From the human T2T-CHM13v2.0 reference genome, Homo sapiens: 64,000 bases of DNA. Below are positions 1-12,216 of this stretch, piece by piece. The DNA lies in assembly GCF_009914755.1 (NCBI RefSeq), contig NC_060927.1. The stretch is one strand, 5' to 3'. Each line of letters opens with the position of its first letter. Position 1 is the stretch's first letter. The notes beneath the pieces are model-generated. The model was not told where the DNA came from. It worked only from the letters and a program-made list of their open reading frames with translations, and made no database searches. A program made the position numbers and the translations under genes.

Positions 1-105
1 AGCGTATACCACAATTTGTTTGTCTATTCATCTGTTGATGAACAGTCGGGCTGTTTCCACTTTTTGGTTATCCTGAAGCATGCTGCTTTGAACATGCATT
101 TTCAT
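1..105 (-). mobile_element. Old L1 (L1M-type) 3' region fragment, cut by window edge
   Basis: gtataccacaatttgtttgtctattcatctgttgatgaaca...gctgtttccactttttgg resembles the antisense L1M ORF2-end/3'UTR motif. Confidence 0.6.
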
Positions 106-135
106 ATCCTTTTAAGGTTCTTAATCACTATTGCT

Positions 136-370
136 CATTCATTCACTCACACAATACACATTTATTAGACTAATTATGAGTTGAATTGTATTTTACACCC
201 AAAGAATAAGATGAAGGATAAGATATGGTTTCTGTGGTTTAGAAACTCACCATCTAGTGGTGGGAAGGGCCATGAAAGCCAACACGTTTCAATACCATTT
301 GTCACTCCTATAATAGAAAAATAAATGATGCTCAGGGAGCCATAGAATACAGAAGGGATTGTTTTCAGCT
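136..370 (-). mobile_element. L2 3' end fragment
   Basis: cattcattcactca...catttatt is the reverse complement of the L2 (aatg)n tail, followed by degenerate L2 3' sequence. Confidence 0.5.
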
Positions 371-597
371 TACTGTCTTTGTAATTCTCCATTTTGATTC
401 CTCCTTTTATTGCCACTTTCATAGAAATGTCATCAGGTTTTTAATCTCTGAAATATAGACAATTATCTTTCATTTTTGATGAGCATGTTCTATTAGTACA
501 TTAGTGTTTGCTTTCTATTCTAAGTACTAGAAGCTAATGTATTTGTTTTGTGAAAATAATAAAGAAGTTTATGGCAATAAGAGCCTTGTGGACTACT

Positions 598-1090
598 TTT
601 AGTCAAAATGTCAACAGGAAACAGAAGGTACCCTTGAAGATAATTTAATAAAATGACAGTTTACAGAGGTCTGGGCAGGATTAAGGGAAACAAAAAGAGA
701 TATGAAGTACTCAGGAACTAACAAAACAAAAGGAAACTATTATCACTCAAGGAGGAAATGTGAAGAAAATAATTAACCAGGACCTACTGAGAGTCAGAGC
801 CATGGGAGGTCAGCATCCTAAGAGGAATTCCAGTGTTAAAGGGTTGTAGCTTCAGGCAGAACCAAAGAGCTGAGGCAGAGGAATCAGAGAAAGACATTTT
901 TCAACCTCTCGCTTATTGAACTTTTGAGGACATTTACCAATCTCTTATGAGTGCCTCCTATTGGTCAACTCTAGTCAGAATCCAGAAGTCATGAGGGCCT
1001 GGATAATGCTAAAGGTATAGCAGTATGCTGGTGGGGGTGAGGAGAGGGTTGCAAAAATGGATGGGAGCAGGAGTGGAAGAACAACCATCA
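598..1090 (-). mobile_element. Old ERVL-class LTR (LTR33-like), degenerate
   Basis: tagtca...caggaaacagaaggtac...tttaataaa...tttacagaggtctgggcagga..agggaaac...cctcctattggtcaact resembles antisense LTR33-group LTRs; family from recall. Confidence 0.45.
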
Positions 1091-2339
1091 CAAAACACCC
1101 TAGCAAGAAGCAGCGGAAGCTGGTCTGTTACTGCTCAAATCCATCAGTGGTCTTCCTGCCAAAACAAAGACATATGGCTCTAAGAGACTAGCCAAATTAG
1201 TTACTGAGGAAAAGACAATAAATGTAGAACTGAGAGGTAAATTGAGGGCATAATTACGTAAACAACAGCAATGGCAGTGGCAGGAAATTTAGGCAACATT
1301 GGAGCAATTGCAAAGGACAGGAGGATCCAGTAATTAAGGACCTAGCCAGAAATTAGGAACATATATGTCATAGCCTGTTGTATTCTGTAGAAGTTGGGAG
1401 GACTTTACAATAAATGCCAGGATGGTCAGGAGATCAAGAACTTTGACAAATATTTGTGACATCACTAGATAAATCCTTAAACAGGTTAAAGGAGACTGCT
1501 TTGTTTGGAAGCCAGTAATCTTCCCCTATGCAAAATTACTGTAACTGGGAAGGATCATGTGAAGCTCCCTGTTTATGTTCTCTAGGTGGAGAATAGAGGG
1601 AGGAAGACAATCATGGGGGAGGTCATCCATCAGGTTGACCTGATAGAATTGGTTTTCTTGAAAAGGCTATAGAGGAGTTCAGAGCAGAGCTAGGGCTATT
1701 TAATATTTCCAATATGTTTATATGTATGTGCACTATCTTAGGAAAAATAAAGTATAATTACCTTAATTTCAATATGTATCTGTTAGATATTTCAACTCAA
1801 ATTTCTCTCTATGATTAATTCTAAAAACAAAACAAAAATAAAAATATAATAGAACCTAAGGTTACTAAAGACTTAAAGAAAGAAAAATATCAATTTTTCT
1901 CCCTTTGAGCAGATCTTTTAGTTTGTTGTTTGTTTGTTTTAAAGCATACAGTAGTTTCAGAAAGCATTCCCTGCTTGGAAACTGAATAGATGAGCCTTAA
2001 GCAATTTGGAAAAAGAGGTGAGCTACCCCCTGACACTAGTTTCAATAGGTTGTCTTGCTTTCTCCAATCAACTTGCTGTTCCCAGAGATATTCACATCTA
2101 TTTATAGTTCCTCATTCAGACAAATCAACCATCAATATTTGGAACCTAATATATCTTCATTAAATGCAAAGGTTTTGAATCATTTAGGCAAAGATTAAAA
2201 CATTATCAGATTAGGGATAAAATAACACTAGCCAAAAAGAATTTTCTAATTATATTTATTGGTTTTACTTAATTTGACAAGAATGTTTGCCAACAATAGG
2301 TTAACACTAACAATGATGATACATTTATAAATAGCCTGG

Positions 2340-2720
2340 CAAATAAAAAAAAGAACAAAGTCCTGTCATTCATGGCAACATGGATGGCACTGAAGGACAT
2401 TATGTTAAGTAAAATAAGCAAGAAACAAAGTTGAACACCACATGTTCTCACTCATACGTGAAAGCTAAAAAAAATTGATCTCATGGAAGGTCTAGTGTTC
2501 TACAGTAATCTAGAATGACTACAGTTAACAATAATATAGGCTATAGTTTCAAATTGCTTAAAGTATATTAAATGTCCTCAGCACAAAGAAACAATATATG
2601 TTTGAGATGATGGATATACTAATTACCCTGATCTGATAATTATAAGTTATATGTATCAAAACTATGTACCCCATACATATACACAATTATTATATATTAA
2701 TTAAAAATAATTTTAAAATA
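2340..2720 (+). mobile_element. L1MA-type 3' end, 5'-truncated, with an internal deletion
   Basis: gtcattcatggcaacatggatgg...gacattatgttaagt...catgttctcactcata...gatggatatactaattaccctgatctgat...tgtaccccata, ending in an A-rich tail. Confidence 0.8.
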
Positions 2721-3260
2721 GTTAACAAAAAAATTTCTTAAATCTTGGAACACTTAGCACTTCATAAACATTTGCTCAATACTGAATCAATGAATTTCCA
2801 ATTAGATTTTAAAATAACTAATTAACTAAATAAATAGCATGGCAAAATATTTTCAAAGTTTTTCATGCTTTGATCTCCCTCTCTCTTTTCTTTTCACTCT
2901 AACTGAGCAAACTTATTCAAAGACATATCTATTTACGAGTTATCCTAATAGTATATTTTAAATAGAACAACTGAGTATTCATAACATTTGAACAATATAC
3001 ATAGATCTTAATAGTTTTCAAAATGTTTCAATAACCACAGAAAATTATACAATTTTGTTGATTTAATTTTAACTCACATATTCAATACCTTACAGAGATT
3101 TTGAGGTAAAGTTTTCTGTATAGTTATTTGCTTGAATATTGCATACAAATATGCATGCATGAATCTATGTTATATGGTTTAAAAATGTGTAGAAGCTGAT
3201 TGCCAACATTTGAAATATTTGCTTCCTAGAGTTGTGTATTATAATTGCCAAACTTATTCT

Positions 3261-3315
3261 ATCAATGAAATAAAATACCAATGAAATAAAATATCAATGA
3301 AATAAAAATACCAAC
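3261..3315. repeat. Tandem repeat, 16-bp unit a(t/c)caatgaaataaaat, about 3.5 copies
   Basis: atcaatgaaataaaat accaatgaaataaaat atcaatgaaataaaaat accaa read directly. Confidence 0.85.
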
Positions 3316-3589
3316 TAAAATTAAAAGAAAAGTTGTTGACTATTTATTTAAATTCTTTAGCCTAAGATTGACAAAATTATGTTTGGTTAGATGAGCTCTA
3401 ACATCTTTAAATCTAACATTCTAAATTTTCTGATTCATGATAAATAACATGAACCTTGAGTATTTTAAGTAAGGCTCTTCATCTGGGACTGAAAACTTTT
3501 GAACAGTTATGAAACCAGGGTTCATTGTGTTTTCCCTTCACATCAGTTATCACAGTTATTACTACAGTCATAAGGGCAAATAATATATT

Positions 3590-3690
3590 TGTATTACTTA
3601 TTAGTTTCCACAGTACAAAGAACCATGCCTGTCACAAAGCAAGTACCCAAAAAGTATTTATATGAAATGCATGAATCAATAAATCAATAA
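3590..3690 (+). mobile_element. L2 3' terminal fragment
   Basis: ccacagtac...catgcctgtcacaaagcaagtaccc..aaagtatttat.tgaaatgcatgaatcaataaat matches the L2 3' tail pattern. Confidence 0.45.
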
Positions 3691-5286
3691 CTGAAAAAAC
3701 CTTCTTCCTCCTGTGGAGAGAAGAACTCTTGGATTTAGAAGAGGCAGCCTGGGTCCTAAATACCCTGCCCCCATCCCTGGAGTGCGCATATGTTTCCAGA
3801 GTCTTCTGTTAGCTTGATCCAGATCTGTTGGTGTCACTTTTGGATACTGGAAGGGTCCCAAGGAGATTGCCTACATCATTTAAGGCTCGTCATGGCAGAG
3901 TAATGAAATTTGCATCTATTCACAGAATAGAGTTGTCATGTATTAATATCTGCTTATTAGTAACCAGTGCTAAGCTGAATGCCATTTCAAATGGGTCCTC
4001 CCAATATTTTGAACCATTTAATTTTTCCCCAACGATCATTGGATTTATACTGGCACTCTCTGAAGTTGCCAGTCTGGCTGTAAGCTCTTTTGATCTAAGT
4101 TTCCTGATTTATCTACCAGGCTCTGGGAGACAGTTTTTGCTATCCTGACAATCATCATGAACAAATAACTCTAACCTTAATCCTCTTAAAATAAAGTTCC
4201 TTCTTATCTGCAGCTATAAGCTAAGATCTTCTATAAAGACTTGGCTGAAAATAACCAACCCTGTGCATATGGCTTGAATGTTGACTCTCTGAATACCTGA
4301 ACTCTCTGTGACCCTCTCAAGTAACTTCAGTACGGTTTGGCTGCTGCTGTAGACACCAGATGGTCAGGAAGCCCATCTCTTTTATAAATGGATACTTAAT
4401 AAATGCACATGTATTTTATTATTACTTTTAACTGCCATAAAATTTTTCTTGGACAGAAAGATTTCAGAAACATCCTATGCAATATTTTCTTATTCAAGCT
4501 CTACAGAAAAAAATATCATATCTTGAATTAGATTCTTTGAATGAAAGGCAAGTGTAAAAAGCAACAAACATATATTGAACATATATTCTCTGTTGGGCTC
4601 CATGCTAGACATTTCACATGCTTTATAGCAAGAAAACCTTACTATTTAGACGATAACATCATATTGATTCATTATATTTTTAGCCATACTAATTTAAATG
4701 AACTATTTCTCTTGTATATAGCCCATAATTCTAGAGAGAATATTAAAAAACTAGGTAATATTGCTGTTACTGATGGATTTAACTATTCCTTGAAGAGAAC
4801 AACTAATGAATCACAGAGTGTTCTCTCTCATATATAAGACTAGTGGTCTACCCCCAAAGGGTTAACCCACTTGGATCTGTTTATTCAATATCATCATTGA
4901 TGTTTGGTGATCTTCTACTTGGTTCACATTTTCTTATTCCTTGTGATGTATTTTCAATACAAACATTACTACTGTTTGGTCATATTACTCCTTTCTGAGA
5001 TTCAGTTTAATAGTCTGCCAAATGAAAGCATTATCAGTATCATTATGTTGAGAATTCTGAAGGCAAATATGAATTCATCATTAAAAAATTTTGGGACTGA
5101 TTCAGTGTTTTGTTACTTAAATAAGATTGGGGAGTCATGTCATGTATGCTAGGTACCTACAATCTAGGTGAGAGACGATTGTAGAAAATCAATCTTGGGC
5201 TATTTTAAGATTTGTTCTGAAGTCAGCCTGGCACTCAAAAAAATATGTATATTATTTCTCTTCTTCACTTTCCTCTGAAAAAAAAC

Positions 5287-5687
5287 TGGTATGGTTTGAA
5301 TATGTCCTCCAAACTTTATGTGTTGAAAGCTTAATCCTCAATATGACAATGTTGACAGATGATATCTTTAAGAGATGATTAAGTTATGATAGCTTTGCCC
5401 TCATGAATTGATTAATGCTATTCTTTTGGGAGTGGGTTTCTTATGACCGGAATGAGTTTTTAATAAGAGTGGGTTCAGCCCCCTTCACTTCCTTCCCATC
5501 TCTCATGTATGTTCTCTTGCTCTTCTGCCTTCCGCCATTGGAAGCCACAGAAAGAAGGACCTCACAAGATGCAGTTCCTTCAGCCTTGGACTTCCCAGCC
5601 TCCAGAAGTGTGAAAAATGAATCTATGTTCTTTAAAAATCACCCAGTGTGATGTATTCTCTTATAGCAACATAAAATGGACTGCAGC
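5287..5687 (+). mobile_element. MaLR 5' LTR (MSTD/MLT1A-like)
   Basis: Starts tggtatggtttgaat; contains cttggacttcccagcctccagaa; ends tatagcaacataaaatggactgcagca; followed directly by MaLR internal sequence. Confidence 0.9.
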
Positions 5688-7302
5688 AGAAAGCTGGTAG
5701 CAAGAAGTGGGCTATGAGCAATATCTATAATAAATACCTTAAAATGTGGAAGTGGCTCTGGAGCTGGGTAATGGGTAGAGGCTGGATGAATTTGGAGGAT
5801 CAGGCTAGAAAAAGCCTTGATTGCCATGAATATAGAGTTAACGGTGATTCTGATGATGGGTCAGAAGAAGAGAAAAAACGTAGGGAAAGCATGGGAATTC
5901 TTAGAGATTACTTAAGTGATCAAGATTGGAATGTTGGTAGAAATGTGGGCAGTAAAGGCTATTGTAATGAGGTTTCATGTGGAACTGAAGAATAATGTAC
6001 TGAAAACTGGAGTGAATACCATTCCTGTTATACGGTTGTAAAATGCTTGGCTGAATTGTGTTCATGCCCTACAGCATTATGAAAGGCAAAACTTATGAGC
6101 TGTAAACAAGGATCTCTGGCAGAAGAAACATCTAAGCAGCAAAGCATTCAAGGTGCTGCATAGGTTCTTTTGGCTGCTTACAGTGAAATGAGAGAAGAGA
6201 GAAATGATTTAAAGATGAAATTTATAATTAAAATGCAAGTAGAATGAGAAGATTTGGAAAACTCGCTTTGGCCATGTAAAGAAAAAAAAAAACGCATATT
6301 CAAGAGAATACTAAATGTGTGGCCAAGCATCTCTTTATTAAAGAGATCAGTGTAGGTTCTATTCATCAAGACAATGAGAGAATGTCCCTAAAGTCATTTC
6401 AGAGATCTTCAAGGCAAGTTAGAATGTTGAGGGAAAGGTTTCCAGAAAGGCTGAAGACTTTACCATTCACTATCAACTGTCTGCTTCCCAAACTCCAGGA
6501 TAGTGCTCCTCAGCCACTCCAGCTAGGGCTTAAGCCAGCTCTGGTACAACTCTAGCCACTGCTCTAAAGGGTAAAAGTGGTAAACCTTGGGGACTTCCAT
6601 GTGGCGCTAACTCTGTAGGCTCATGGAGTGCAAGAGCAGTGTTAGCATGGCTTTCTCCACCTGGATTTTAAAGAATGTAGGAGACAGCTTCAAGCTTCAG
6701 GCAAAAACTTGTCACAGGGGAGTAGTTGCCGCAGATAGTTTCCACTAGAGCAATACACAGAGGAACCGTGGGTATAGAACCACCACAGAGAGCCCCACAC
6801 TACTAGGGCAATGCCCATTAAAAACTGAGGAATCAGGAACACCCTACCTGCAGCCTGGGAAAGCTACAGATATGAGAGTCCAACCCATGAGAGCTGCTTG
6901 GTGGGCTGAGCCCAGCAAAATTATAACAGTGAGGCTGCTTAAGTTTTGGGGGTCCAACACCCACTCCAGTTTGTCCAGGATGCAGGAAATAAAGTCAATA
7001 AAAATTATTGTAGAGATTTAAATTTAATGTTATTCACCTTGTTGGGTTTTGAACTTACTTGAGAATAGTTACATCTTTCTTCTGGCCTATTTCTCCATTT
7101 TAGAATGGGAATGTCTATACTATGCCTATCCCATCACCGAATTTTGAAAGTAGATAACTTATTAATTTCACAGGTTCATAGGTTGAGAATAATTTGCTTT
7201 CAGATGAATTGTGCCTTGAATCTCCTTCCCCATATTTGATTCTGAAGAGACTCTGGACTTTGGATTTTTGTGTTAGTGCTACAGAAAGTTGAGACTTTGG
7301 AG
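5688..7302 (+). mobile_element. MaLR internal region (MST/MLT1A-int) with degenerate ORF remnants
   Basis: aatgtggaagtggctctggagctgggtaatgggtagaggctgg and downstream motifs are characteristic of MaLR-int; ORF-track frames at 5714-5995 and 6319-6555 lie within it. Confidence 0.9.
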
Positions 7303-10300
7303 GAAGGAGGCAAGACAGCTGACTAGAGGCAGCCAGGAGGAATATTTGCCACTGAGGGACCAGGACATTGGGAAGACTGGCACACTTCTAGCAGTTCTTC
7401 AGAGGGAAGATATTGAGAGAAGATAGAAGAGAGAAGACATACATGTTGGGCTGAAGGGATAGGAAGCTGGGAACCCTGCATGGGGCTACCACACACTGGG
7501 ACCCATTCCTGGCCCGCAGTGGCTCCTGGGGAAAGGATGAGATGAACAGTCAAGGATCAACCCACTCTCACCATCGGCCTCTGGAATCCTGGCAAGAGGA
7601 GACCCCTTAGCCACTATAGACACCTGAGGTGGCAGGGAGATCTGCTTAGAGAAGTGGTAGGGGTAGAGTGCTAGCCAGTGTGGAACCCAGAGGGTTTGCT
7701 GCAGAAGCATCTGTAATGGAGCACAGCCAGGGACACCCATCCCCCTAGGCTCTACTTGCTCGCGTGGGAGGCATTAGCCTTAGGGTAACTGTCAGACCTG
7801 AACTTTGCAGGGTAGTCTTGCCCATGAGACAGGGCCTGTCTGAACTGAGCCTCATGAGTCTGCTGCAAACCAATCCCAAAACTAGTAGAAGTCAAAAAAT
7901 AATATCAGAGCTAAAATGAAGGAGAATGAGACACGGAAAAGCATTCAAAAGATCAATGAAGCCAGAAGCTGTTTTGTTTTAAAAAATAGAAATAAAAATA
8001 AGATAGATAGACTGCTAGCTAGACTAATAAATAAGAAGAGAGAAGATCCAAGTAAACACAATTAAAGTCAACAAAGGGGATATTACCACTGACCCCACAG
8101 AAATACAAATAACAATCAGAGAACACTATGAATACCTCTATGCAAACAAACTAGAAAATCTAGAAGAAATGGGTAAATTTCTAGACACATGCACCCTCCC
8201 AAGACTGAACCAGGAAAAAATTGAATCCCTGAACAGACCAATAAAGAGTGCTAAAATTGAATCAGTAATAAATAGCTTACCAACCCACAAAAGCCCAGGA
8301 CCAGATGGATTCACAGCTGAATTCTGCCAGATGTATAAAGAAGAGCTGGTACCATTCCTACTGAAACTTTTCCAAAAAATTGAAGAGAAGAGACCCCTTC
8401 TTAACTCATTCTATGAGACCAGCATCATCCTGATACCAAAATCTGTCAGAGACACAACAAAAAAAGAAAACTTCAGGCCAACATCCTTGATGAACATTGA
8501 TCCAAAAATCCTCAACAAAACACTTGCAAACTGAATCCAGCCGCACATCAAAAAGATAATTCACCACAATTAAGTAGGCTTCATCCCCAGGATGCAGGGT
8601 TGGTTCAACATAAGCAAATCAATAAATGTGATTTATCACATAAATAGTACTAAAGACAAAAAACACATTATTTTCTCAATAAGTGCACAAAAGTCTTTCA
8701 ACATGTTAAAAACTCTCAATAAACTAGGTATTGAAGGAATATACCTCAAGATAATAAGAGCCATTTATGACAAACCAGCAGCCAACATCATAATGGAAGG
8801 GGAAAATCTGGAAGCATTCTCCTTGAAAACTGGCAAAGACAAGGATGTCACCACTCCTATTCAACATAGTATTAGAAGTCCTGGCCAGAGCACTCAGGCA
8901 AGAGAAAGAAATAAAGGGCATCCGAATAGTCAGAAATGAAGTCAAACTATCCCTGTTTGCAGATGACATGATTCTATATCTAGAAAACCCCATAATCTTT
9001 GCCTAAAAGCTCTTTTAGCTGGTAAACAACTTCAGCAAAGTTTTGGGATCCAAAATCAATGTACAAAAATCACTAGCATTCCAATAAACCGATTACAGCC
9101 AAGTGGACAGCCAAATCAGGAACACAATCCCATTCACAATTACCACAAAAAGAATCAAATACCTAGCAATACAGCTAACAAAGGAGGTGAAAGATCTCTC
9201 TACAATGATAATTGCAAGACACTGCTCAAAGAAATCAGAGGTGACACGAACAAATGGAAAAACACTCTATGCTCATGAATAGGAAGAATCAATATTATTA
9301 AAATAGCCATACTACCCAAAACAATTTATAGATTCAATGTTATTCCTATTAAACTACCAACAAAATTCTTCACAGAACCAGGAAAAAATATTTTAACATT
9401 CATATGGAACCAAAAAAGAGCCTGAATAGTCAAGGCAATCTTAAGCTGTAAGAACAAAGTAGGAAGCATCATGCTACCTGACTTCAAACTATACTACAAG
9501 GTTACAGTAAGAAAAACATATAGACAAATGGAACAGAATAGAGAGTCCAGACACAGGGCCATACACCTATAACCATCTGATCTTTGACAAAGCTGACAAA
9601 ATCAAGCAATGGGGAAAAAACTCCGGATTCAATAAATGGTGCTGGGATAACTGGCTAGACATATGCAGAAAATTAGAACTGGAACCCTTTCTTACACATT
9701 ATACAAAATAAACTCAAGGTGGGTTACAGAATTAACTGTAAAATCCAAAGCTATAAAAACCCTAGAAGGCAGCTTAGGTGATACCATTCTGGACATAGGA
9801 ATGGGCAAATACTTCATGATGAAGATGCCAAAAGCAATTGAAACAAAAGCAAAAATTGACAAATGGGACCTAATTAAACTAAAGAGCTTCTGCACACCAG
9901 AAGAAACTATCAATAGAGTAGACAGACAACCTACAGAATGGGGGAAAATATTCACAAACTATGCATCTGACAAAGGTGTAATATCCAGCATCTAATAGGA
10001 ACTTAAATTTGCAAGAAAAAGCAAACAAACCCATTAAAAAGTGGGCAAAGAGCATGAACAGACACTTTTCAAAAGAAGACATACATGTAGCCAGCAAACA
10101 TATGAAAAAAGCTCAGTATTGCTGATTGTTAGAGAAATGCAAATCAAAACCACAATGAGACACCATCTCACACCAGTCAGGTTGGCTATCATTAAAAAGA
10201 CAAAATATAACAGATGCTGGTAAGGTTACAGAGAAAAGAGAATGCTTGTACACTGTTAGTGGGAGTATGAATTAGTTCAACCATCGTGGAAAGCAGTGTG

Positions 10301-10874
10301 GCAATTCCTCAAAGAGCTAAAAACATAACTACCATTCAACCCAGCAATCTCACTACTGGGTATATATCAAAAAGAATATAAATTGTTCTACCATAAAGAC
10401 ACATGCATGCATATGTTCATTGCAGCACTATTCATAATAGCAAAGACATGGAATCAACATAAGTGCCCACCAATGATATACTGGATAAAGAAAATGTGGT
10501 GCATATATACCATGGAGCCATACTATGCAGTCATGAAAAGAAGATCATGTCTTTTGCAGGAATATGGATGGAGCTGGAGGCTATTATTTTCAGCAAACTC
10601 ATGCGGGAACAGAAAACCAAATACCGTATGTTCTCACTAATAAGTAGGAACTAAATAATGAGAACATGGACACAAAGAGGGCAACAACAGACACCAGGGC
10701 CTACCTTTGGCTAGATGGTAGAAGGCGGGAGACGATCAGAAAAAATAGATATTGAGTACTAGACTTAGTACCGGGGTGAAAAATCATCTGTACAACAAAC
10801 CCCTGTGACATGCATTTACCTGTATAACAAACCTACACATGTATTTGTAACCTAAAATAAAAGTTTAATAAAAA
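7303..10874 (+). mobile_element. L1PA14-16-like LINE-1 inserted in the MaLR internal region; both termini present, large internal deletion
   Basis: 5'UTR start ggaggcaagacagctgactaga; ORF2 RT-region peptides; 3'UTR and A tail; TSD gactttggagg (7293-7303) / gactttagagg (10876-10886). Confidence 0.92.
7866..10654 (+). pseudogene. Disrupted L1 ORF2 remnant (RT and C-terminal region; endonuclease absent)
   Basis: ORF track: [39 protein letters not shown]; FADD codons tttgcagatgac at 8956-8967; multiple stops and frameshifts. Confidence 0.88.
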
Positions 10875-10953
10875 GGACTTTAGAGGCTACTGGCGTGGAA
10901 CGAATATATGCTGTATATAGGAGGGATATAAATTTGGAGGGCCAGGAGCAAAA
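10875..10953 (+). mobile_element. 3' end of MaLR internal region with purine-rich tract before the 3' LTR
   Basis: Internal sequence resumes after the L1 TSD; aatttggagggccaggagcaaaa directly precedes tgctatgg. Confidence 0.8.
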
Positions 10954-11318
10954 TGCTATGGTTTGAATGTGTTCCCAATGTTGGAAACTTAATCCTTAAT
11001 GCAACCCTGCTGAAAGGTAGGACCTTTAAGAAGTTCTGTCCTCCTGAATGAGTTAAGGCCATTATTGCAAGAGTGGGTTCCTTATTACCAGAGTGGCATC
11101 CTCATAAAGGGTGAGTTCAACCCTCTTCTCTCTGCATTGGCTCTCTTGTCCTTTCACCTTCCACAATGGAGTGATGCCACAAGAAGGCCCTCTGCTAGAT
11201 GCATGCCCCTTGACTTTGGACTCTCCAGCCTCCAGAACTGTAGAAAATAAATTCCTATTTTGTATAAATTATCCAGTCTCAGGTATTCTGTTACAGCAGG
11301 ATAAAACAGACTAAAACA
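10954..11318 (+). mobile_element. MaLR 3' LTR (MSTD/MLT1A-like)
   Basis: tgctatggtttgaatgtg ... ttggactctccagcctccagaactgt ... gactaaaaca; homologous to 5287-5687. Confidence 0.9.
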
Positions 11319-12130
11319 AAGATGTATTTTCGTACAATAAATGCGTTATATAAACTTATTATTGGTGCACTACACATGATTGAAGCTGACTTTTGAAGAC
11401 TAAATTAAAGGTCTTAATATTATGCTTAGCATTGTTTCTATAGAAAAAAATTCATTTTTCATTCCAGACTGCTGATTTTAAAATGAATTATTAAGAACAT
11501 TATCTTATTGCTTATACTTCCTTTTTAAAAGAATTAACTTGTACTGTCTTTGACCCAACAGTAATTCTACTATACCCTGGGAACTGCAGGTTCGATGACA
11601 TCAGAATGGGTTTATGGTATTTACCAATGGAACTATTTCTGTCTATATATTGAAAGAAACTGAAAGAGAGAGAGAGAGGAACCAAGGCAGAGCAATGACA
11701 CACTCTCACTGAAATCCTAGGAACATCAATTTTCAAAATGTACTGGTAAATATGAGTTATATACATAGCCTACATCTTCAGCATCTGGAAATAATCTTCG
11801 GTTGTTATATACGCCTTATACATGTCATGATTTAGAACTAAAATCTGAGTCTCACAGAGAGTTCACTACGTCCAAAGTGCTGGGAGCTTGAATTTTTCCC
11901 TGAAAAGCAATCATGCGTGTGGTTTACAGAACATCAAAGCCAAGAGAGTAGCACCATATAATAAGCTTTCTGTCAGTGTTCTCTGTATGTATCAAAGTCA
12001 GGTCAAGCATCCAACATGTCCATTACTGGCAATGAGAAAGTAACACAAAATAAAACTTGCTACCACTTAAATTTGTACTAGTGTGCATAGCCTGGTTAGG
12101 AAGTCAACACATCAAAAGGATCTAGCTTAC

Positions 12131-12216
12131 CTTCTACATCAATAGCTATTTTTGTTACTTGAAACTATAGGAAGGCATAGTTTTTTTCTGTGAGTTATGA
12201 TTTACAGATAGATTTC
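12131..12216 (-). ncRNA. Candidate 86-nt non-coding internal exon
   Basis: Minus strand: acceptor tttttttttctaattctccag|G, donor AAG|gtaagc; stops in all three frames; no expression evidence. Confidence 0.25.

Noticed and set aside
174-5152. Short ORFs in the first 5 kb (for example 3828-4148, 4541-4837, 4904-5152)
   Set aside because: No recognisable domain, F/I/L-rich composition typical of AT-rich non-coding DNA, overlap with L2/MIR remnants, and no consistent exon chain.
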